Shown: piece by piece, positions 55,501 to 64,000 of the stretch
Layout of the letters: each line of letters begins with the position of its first letter
How positions within the stretch are numbered: the first letter of the stretch is position 1
Position numbers and translations under genes: made by a program
Origin: Balanoglossus misakiensis
Taxonomy: Eukaryota; Animalia; Hemichordata
Length of the DNA: 64,000 bases
Assembly: GCA_040954595.2 (NCBI GenBank)
Contig: CM082592.2
Location: forward strand, 8,977,677-9,041,676
Direction: 5' to 3'
Notes under the pieces: model-generated
Seen by the model: only the letters and a program-made list of their open reading frames with translations
The model's database searches: none
Told to the model about the DNA's origin: nothing

Positions 55501-58500
55501 GATGGGAGGGAATTAACACATACTAATAAATGTTTTGATGGTGATCATTATGATAATAAACTTCTACTCTTTAATATTGATTTTCTTTCATTTTCTTGGT
55601 CAAATTTGTTAGTAAGTTTAGCTTAGACCAACATGAAACAGGGTTTTTTGTTAATACTGTTAGCACAAAAAACAAGTATTTCTACCATCCTACATACCAA
55701 TCTGGTTGGCCTACAATAGTGAATCTGAGCGGCTGGCATGCATTTCGAGAACTTTTTATCCTCATGCAAAGAAAAAATTAGTTGTTTTGTATTCATGCAA
55801 TGCAAGACATGCAATGTTTCAAGTTAAAACTAGTCTCCTTCATGCAAATTACATGCAGTAGCTGCTGATTTCTGACCCCTAATATTAGTTCATTCAAAAT
55901 TTCATGCAAGGAAGCGAACGATTAGTTCCAAATCCTCAAGATTCCATGCTCAACTGTTTTATTAGTTCATGCAAATTATAGTAGTTTTAATTTCATATCA
56001 ATAATTTATGTTTATTCCTGAATTATCATCAAGACAACTATGACTGCCAACAAATGAGAATATGTAAAATGTGATATAAATTGCCTGCACCTTCCCATAC
56101 AAAAATGTCTCAAGAGCAATGCTGGCGCTGCAAAATGTGGACATTGGATTTGGAGGCATAGTTGCTGGCAGTGTACGTGTGCAGTGCATCTTTAAATCAT
56201 CAAAATAGCACGTAATGATGAAGAAGAAGCCAGATCTCTGAAACAATACTGCAATTAAAAAGCTGTTTGCTCGTTAGATGTTTTGTCCGCTTGTTTGTAA
56301 GTTCTCATCTCACACACACTCATTAGCAACACATTCCTTCAGTCCAAAGTGCTGGGATGTGGTTACGACTGGGTAGGAGGAATATTTGCATATTTAAATT
56401 AGTGAAGCCCATGTAAATATGCTGACACCTGATTGGACAAAAGTATTATTATCATGCAAATGTATCCAAGGAGAGATGCCTTTGTCTACCTGTCGACATG
56501 CGACAAAATGTACTTTTTGGACAAGTTTTTTAAAGATTCAGATTGTGATTTTAATTTCTGTTATTTAAAATTTCAAAATTTCATTTCTCATTTCACCATG
56601 GAGAACACAAATATGCATCTCTCCTTTGAACAAGTGCTCTCAACAAATGGCAGTGCAGGTAACAATATTGTGGGGTGGCTTAGTCTGCTAGGCTGTGAAA
56701 TGCAAAATAAAATATTCGGTGAAGATTAAAACGAATTAAACATCAGTAATAATAGTATAATAATCAGTGATGGTTAGAAATATATAAAATCAACCAGTAC
56801 TATCACTAATCGGGTGTCATTTTTACTTGTGCAACCCTGAGAATAAATTTTTCAATCTTTCACAGTCGACAAATTATGTTAGTCATTTGCAATTATTATT
56901 GTAATATATTTTAGTACACAGTGTAGTTAGTTGTTTTTAGTCGTTGTTGTTTACTTGGTACAGCGTCGTCAATTCCTGGAGCAGTGTTTCCACCTCCTGT
57001 CTATCTGAAAGAAGAAACTGATTAAACGCTGCTACAAACACAAACAAGAGAATGGTTATTTGATGTTTCATGCATGCAAAGATACCTTAAACCCTATTTA
57101 TTATTATTAACACATGCATTGAATTTTAGATCTAGGAAGAAGGTGGCAGTACCTGTAGTTTATGTCTCCGTCTCCGTCCCTATCAAGTTCCGCTATCAAC
57201 ATTTCTATCTCATCCGGCGACATATCAATACCAGTTTCCTGAAATGGTACCAGGGAGAGGTTATCCTCTCAAGATTCAATATGCCGGTTCTGAGTTCAAA
57301 GTTCAGGGGTCAGCCCAGAGAGTGCCCGGTTTAACAGGTCTCTGTGTTGAGTTTTGATACCCTTCGACTGAACTCGGAGCTGGCTATAGTGAATTGTGGT
57401 TACATATCACAAACTGGTAGTGATGAGATACGAAATGGGGGGGAAAATTGCAAAAGAAAGAAAACATGAGAACGGAATGACTGACTGCTATTTGGACACC
57501 AATTGCTATTTTGTTTTCTTTTGCTATTAAAATAGTGTATGTTGTTCTGCTTGTCGCATCTCAACTCAAACCCTCTACATGACATAAAACTCACAAATAA
57601 CTTTTAGTCACTATCAAAAACTTTTGCTGTAGTTATACTTGCATGCGATGTCTGATATTCACAGATCGTTACACTGAGCAGTAACAAGCAATACTCAGTA
57701 CCCATGACAACAAAAAAACAAATAAAGTAACCCATTTAATGTCATAAGTGGGCGTTCATAAGTTTAAATGATTTTTGAGTTTAAATTACTATTTTTTTCC
57801 TCTTCTTTTCAATTTCTTTAATGGTTTTGACATTCAATTAAATATCTGGACCCGCGACAGACCCCAGATTCTATAAGTACCCAAAATAATGCATTTATGC
57901 AAATAATGCAGAATGATGTAGTGTAGTAACACAATGACCTGCTTATTGTGTACAAAGAGTCAGACAACAACTTAGTTTGACATTTTCCATCAAAAAAAAT
58001 TCCATTAATTCATAAATTTCCCCCGAAAAACTGTGGCACATAATAATCCCTTATCTTGTCTTTGCGCTGATGCCAGAGAATTTGGCCTGCGGCCGAAATC
58101 TGTATCGCATGACAAATTTCCAATTACAAAAATATCAAGTGAGATGTAATATCACTAGATCTTTGATTTATAAGAAAAGCTGCAGTTAACGAAGTAGAAG
58201 GAAGTACCGGCAATCATCTTAATACAGAATTCGAAAATGTCATAAGTTGTCTTCTGCATATTGTTTTACATAGTAACAGTGACCGACAATCTCTGATGCA
58301 GATGTTTTTCATTTTTTTTCCTCGTGAAGAGGTCCCTATGGTATCAGTATCAGAATTTGGAATCGACATCAGCACTGGTTTCTGGACATTCATGGTTGTA
58401 AGATATTTTCAGCAAATGTTGCTGTGTTTTTTTTCTTGTTGTGCAGTCCATAGCCCTTGCATGTACTGATTAAACAACAATCCAATACTGCTATATTTTG

Positions 58501-61500
58501 TGTCGGAATTGTGAGCGGCCTACAACCGGACATTTTCTACCAGAGTTGATTTCTGTTTTGATTCAAACGGAATTTAAGTCCAGAATTGATTTGACTTGAC
58601 TAGTTCACAAACCGCAATGTTCACAGCACAGGCTATATACAGACAAGTAGAATACCGCGCATTTGAACAAAGTAAGGAGTTCTATGGTAGAGTGAGACTG
58701 TTCCAAACTGTCAGTTTCCAATCTCCAGTTCGACTGCATTGGCTAGTAACGTACCAAACTTAATTGGCGTAACATATATCAAGCTATAACTTAGCTTGGT
58801 ATATCAGTGAATCTTGATACCGAACAAATCAATCCATCCATATACCGAAATTCAATCGTCACTGACATTTACAATGTTTTTATCTTCAATGTTTGGCTCG
58901 ACTTTTGCAATTATCGGTGAATTATTGATGTGCGCACCATGATTTACCCTGGATATTTTGTTTGTATTTCCTGAAATGGAGGAGTTTGATATTTCAGCAT
59001 TTTCTATCTCACTCTGCTCCACTGAAAGTTCAGACTTTAACTACGGTACTCTTGAATTATTGATGTGGACTGAAAATTCTGTTTCCTGGAAACTTCCCAC
59101 AGAAAGTAGAAAGCACTCAGAGCGAGAATCTGGAAGATGGTTTTATACCCAGTGATGATTTTCACATATACACCCAACAAACACAATTTCTGGTACACAC
59201 CAGAAATGACATCATCACAACGCAGGATGCCAGTGGAGTCATGGCAACCAACACAACAGAATAACACAAGCAACGTCATAAAATGGTGACTTCATGAAAT
59301 ATAAAAAAAAAATGCCCCCCAAAATCAGCCAGCATACCTCCAGGCCCTCCCTAAACTCATCATAGGACACACTCATGCTGCCATCTTTGTCAAATTTATT
59401 GAAGAAATCCACCAATCGGAGGTTGTTCTTCTGGATGTACTTCTGTAGTTTCTGCATGGGGTTCACTTTGGGCTTCTTCTTCTTTTCTTCCTCGGAGCCG
59501 CCATGTCTGACTTTCAGCTCCGGCCTGGCTTCCTTCAGTTCCTTGTAGAGGTCCTCAAAGTCCTTGTTTACTTGGATATCCTGAAGGATTTCAACAAGAA
59601 ATCTTACATTTTTTCCCCAATTTTTAACGACGTAAAATTATTTCACTTGGACAGTTGGCAGAGAAAAGAAGGGGGACATTTGTGAACAGAACTTACTGAG
59701 AAATCCAATTCTTCTATTGCTGTGTTGGCGTTCTCTTTGACCGCCTTGATGACAGCGTAGCAGCCTGCTGTCTGCATGGGATTTTTTCCTAACTGTTTGG
59801 AGAGAAAAATTGGGATCTTGTATGAATGACGGAATTGGGGGGAGGGGGGTTTGAAACAACATGCTATTAAATCACCCAGGGAGCTCAATGCGGGTACAAT
59901 AACAGTCACTAGTCAAGTGTTAAAGGAACATATGTTTCTCTGTAGTTTTGATCAACAGCTTCAATAAAACTGATACAGGCTTACCTTAAGTACTTTTAAC
60001 GTTTCATTGACATACAACCCTTTGGCCAGAAGGACAGCTCCTTCCGGAGAAATACGGTTATTCCTGCAAATTTGAAATATATCAGTATTGCTCAATTAGC
60101 CCCAGAATTGGCCATTATATTTCGACTGACCCCATTATCACTAATTTTTATTCTCAATTTGTAAAAATATTCGGTAGTTGTATTGAGCAAAATATTAGAA
60201 AAAATTTAAGACTGATTTTTGCGGCGCACACGTTCTCAAAAATAGCAAAATCATAACCACCCCAGGGGCATTAGAAACAGCCAAGAAGATAATCTTCTTA
60301 CGTGAGATCCAGTTCTTCTAGGGAACTATTGGCTTTAAGCGCCTCACCCATGGCCATGGCTCCTTCGTTACCTAAGCCATTCCACGAGAGATCGACTTTC
60401 CTCAAACCGATGTTACTCTACAGAGTGTCAGAAAAACGGTGGTTAATGCAGGTGTGTGTGTGTGTGTGAGTGCAGACACAAAAATGGCTCTCTTTCACAG
60501 GTGGGTCACGATTGCCATTTTTATCTTGTTTTTCATAGCTCACACAACAACTAGTTGCCTGAACTACTAACATTTGGGGAGGGGGAGCTTTGTTGGGCTA
60601 ACAACAGGAACATTTTCCAGGCCAGTTGTAGATTCAGAGACACCAATACGTTCATTCACCTCCAAATTTGTGCCTTCAATCTAGATGAACGAGATAGATT
60701 GCGGCTGATTTATTCCCATGTGTTCATATTACCACACATTATCCATGTGTATGAAGGATGAATGACACCAAGTGACCCCCACAAACTTATCAATTTGACA
60801 AAAGAAACAAAATTGATGAAAGAATCGTGATAACTGCAATAATATGTCTAGCCATCTCTACATAAGGATTTATTTTCAGGTATCAATATAATTGCCCCGT
60901 GGACAACTGCTGTGTACGATAATTGCCTCCTGGACAGAGAGACCCAACTGTGATACCATTAATAGACAATTGATGTATCATGCCCTCAAAGAGCAAGGTC
61001 ACTGACACTGCCACTGCATTGGTCGTTCCCAAGAGGAAATCTGTAATTTGCCAGATGTCAACTTTTCATGGCGTTTTCCCTGTATGTACTTTGAACAGAA
61101 AACTGCACTGAAGGTGTAAATTTGAAACCACTATCAGTGATAATGTAGAATTGTGAATAATCAAGGAAAAGTAAACCCCCACCCCCCACCCACCCCGTAG
61201 CAATGAGCTGGTTACCAGCTGTGTAAGAGCAACTATACATGTGGGAACTTGTGCACATTTTTTGCAGGGTTAATTCACATAAAATCTTCGACTTGTTGTG
61301 TCATTAGTAAAAGATAAGGGAGTGAAGTGCTGATCTGGCTGTGGACCTTTTTTTTTCGTGATATTTTCCGTCGAAAGCGAGAATCTAGAGCGCGCACTTG
61401 GATCAGAAAGCGACACTCAGAAAAAAAGGGGGGGAGGTCCTGCTTGTGAAAAGGAAATGAACACAGAACAGTGCAGTTGTACACACAGCAGGTGCAGAGC

Positions 61501-63554
61501 AGATAAAGACCGTGATTTCTTGGTCAGATGCTTGAGAAAAGAACAGTTTTGGAGATATTATTTTGAAGGCAGTGAGCTTGGCATCAGTTCAGACACCTGT
61601 CATGCAGAGGGCAATTTCACAGACTTGCAAGAGATCTTTTTTTCTCTGTCCAAAAAAATAGTTCCACAGCGTTTAAGGCCAGACACTTACTCCAATGCCC
61701 TTAGCTAATGCCACGGCTCCCTTCCGACGGATGTAGTTCCAACTGAGGTCAAGGTGGCGGATGGTGATGTTCTCCGACACGGCCGGACCCAAGGTCAACC
61801 CTGCTTGCTCGCTGAATGCGTTCCTGCTCAGGTTGAAAAACTCCAGTTTGCTGTTGTTCTGGAAAAGGGGGGAAAATCACAGGGATGTAGGCATGATAGC
61901 TGGTCACCAGTCAAAACTTTTCCCTAAACTCAGCATGCATGCGACAGTCTATATGTATAATGAATTGTTTCAAAACCCCAAAGAAACATACATTCCTCTC
62001 TCAACTCTCTAACCACTGCTGTACGTATGAAATGTGTGTAATTATAAAATGCCACCGGTACTGAGCCCTCTGGTGGTGAGAGCTGACCAGGTCACTCTCA
62101 TGGGATGCAACACGCACAAGTCTCTCTTGGTGGCTTTGGCTGCACAAAAAGAGCCTAATTGAATGCCATCTTGTGATTCTGCAATTTGCAGTTCACTTGA
62201 CTATTAAGAGCTGGTCACTACTGGTAACATGAGACACTCAGAGCAACTCATCATCATCATCCCCAACCCAACAAACACATTACCCCGCCCACACATACAT
62301 CTTCAAGCCACTTTTCATTCTGATTAGCATAATTGCTTTCATAACTCAAACTCCTGTTGAGTACATTGCAACCTTTACATTTCTTTTATTTGTCAAAATG
62401 GAACTCTGATACATAATGGTTAGTGGCAAGAGACTTGTTTCTGAGTGTCCCAAAGGAACGAGATTATCCGGTGTTATGAGTCAGCACAGTCCATCTTTCT
62501 ATTCTCATATAATAGACAACCTTGTTTTCGTTATGGTGCATCGTGCAATTCAACAACATCTCAGTTTCACAGCCCCCTGTGAAGAACGTTCAAATTAGAT
62601 TTGGACCTGAACCATGGTGGTGAAAGTGTCTACTCACAAGGATGACTTCGGCAAATCCTTCCGCACTCTTGTCCGCAAAGCCATTACCGGCCAGTGTGAT
62701 GTGGGTCAGATAAACGTTCTGAAGCAACATTTCTGACATGGCTGCTGCGCCCGCGTCACCAAGACGATTGTCAGACAGGTCCTGCAAGATTAGAAGGCAC
62801 ATCAAATGTTATAAACAACAATGAGTGAGGGACTGCTGATTTCTATGAAAACAAGATGGTGAACACCAACCATGTTTTTTTCTTTATTTTCTCCCCACAC
62901 TTTATAATATAGCAAATAATTGAAACGTTTGGAGGACTATCATTTTTCTGAAATCTATTCCCGGGGGCACATACATGTACTACGTTTAACTCGATTTGAC
63001 TCTGTTGTATGTTATCTAGGTCCTATTGGTGGAATCAGCGGCCAGCAGTTAATTTCACACCTTGTCCATTCCTTCGCATATAAATATCAGACTTTTCTCT
63101 AGCGACAGCATCTACAAACATTTAACACGCCAGCTGCATTCTTCCTCAGAGACAACAACAGGACACACGGTTATGGCAATGCTGCGATCAGAGAAGCGCG
63201 GAAATCACAAGAGACTGTAATCCGATCAAAACAGGATGTCACGACACGAGCAGAACTTCGTCACGGAATACACGGGTATTAGAGTGATATCTTTGGATCG
63301 TAGGTGTCACAATTTGTACCACTAGAAACTCTTCCACCCTGCTGTCTGCTCAATCTCAGTTCTCAAGGGGCAGTATCCGTTCTCTAGATAAAGTTAACAC
63401 TTGCCACTTGCACGAATGGCATACATGCCACAAAGATGAAACTCACCAGCTCAGCTATGTAACAGTTCTCTTTCAGCATCTCAGCAATGGCGATACCGCC
63501 CTCTGAATCAAGCCAGTTGTCTGATAAGTTAAGCTTGAGAATTGTGGTGTTTGC
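49528..63554 (-). CDS. LRRC74-like protein (RI-type leucine-rich repeats plus C-terminal EF-hand pair); 5' part lies beyond the right edge
   Basis: Exons 63447-63554, 62638-62781, 61691-61858, 60302-60417, 59985-60063, 59697-59792, 59338-59580, 57153-57238 and 49528-49618 join in phase. LRRs: LKLNLSDNWL, DLSDNRLGDAGA, LDLSWNYIRRKGA, VDLSWNGLGNEGA. EF-hand loops: DKDGSMSVSYDE and DRDGDGDINYSE. Stop TAG at 49528-49530. Confidence 0.85.
51470..51768. repeat. Degenerate tandem array, ~11 units, period ~25-33 bp
   Basis: A recurring core resembling GAAC/GAGC-(T/A)CCC(T/C)AGG starts at about 51470, 51499, 51527, 51554, 51584, 51613, 51646, 51671, 51698, 51731 and 51758. Confidence 0.55.
52597..52701. 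repeat. Three exact copies of CATGCAAATGAGTAGCT (octamer-containing)
   Basis: Copies start at 52597, 52625 and 52685. Confidence 0.85.
55095..55187 (-). mobile_element. Short MITE copy, same family as 22215-22297
   Basis: ttaaccctttcacccc...ggtggtgaaagggtaaa with terminal inverted repeats. A further fragment (tttggacctgaaccatggtggtgaaag) lies at ~62600-62626. Confidence 0.65.
62063..62077 (-). promoter_or_regulatory. CTCF-like site (weaker)
   Basis: gagccctctggtggt; reverse complement ACCACCAGAGGGCTC. Confidence 0.35.
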
Positions 63555-64000
63555 CTAGGGGAAAAACACAAAGACATACTTGAAAACAAGACGGACAATG
63601 TCCTTTCTAAGAAGTAATGGTAGCTTTCTCAGTAACAGAACTACTATTTTCAAGGCACTGCCTTTAAACCCACCAGGTTTTTGTGTGCGTGTGCGTGTGT
63701 GTTTTTTTACATAAATGCCCCTCATGTCACGGGAACATTGCGTTCTGGTTCTTGTGTGAACCCAAGGCATCTCCGCCTTTACCAAGAGTCAAGTGAGTAA
63801 ATTACCCAATCAGTGAGTGTGAATGCCACGTTCAACAGATGGTGCTTGCGTGAAAACCTTGCGTTATAATGGCACTAATCAGTCCATGTATAACGTCACG
63901 CTTTCACTTCTGCGTAATTGGAGTCTGAATTGCCTGATGTCACCAAATATGGTGTAAAAATTGCAACTTCTTCAAGAAAGTCAATAGTCACAATTAGCGT

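Overview
Intron-rich animal genomic DNA, probably an invertebrate bilaterian; the taxon is inferred, not determined. Four spliced genes can be built by hand with GT-AG junctions in consistent phase. (1) The 5' part of a RIMS-binding-protein (RIMBP2/TSPOAP1/RIMBP3-like) gene on the - strand, running off the left edge. (2) A complete synergin-gamma (SYNRG) gene on the - strand. (3) A complete 18-coding-exon ATP7-like P1B heavy-metal ATPase on the + strand, head-to-head with SYNRG. (4) The 3' part of an LRRC74-like LRR + EF-hand gene on the - strand. The most striking object is the ATP7-like ATPase. It keeps only two HMA domains, and the first ~380 aa are a metallothionein-like region with 49 Cys (16 Cys-Cys pairs). 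Its transmembrane metal-selectivity motifs are altered (CPC->CAC; MxxSS->EAFST) while all catalytic motifs are intact. This suggests an animal ATP7 paralog re-tuned to a non-Cu(I) metal such as Cd or Zn. Non-coding signals include a dense cluster of POU octamers, a degenerate ~29-bp array, CTCF-like sites, and a small TTAA-flanked MITE family.
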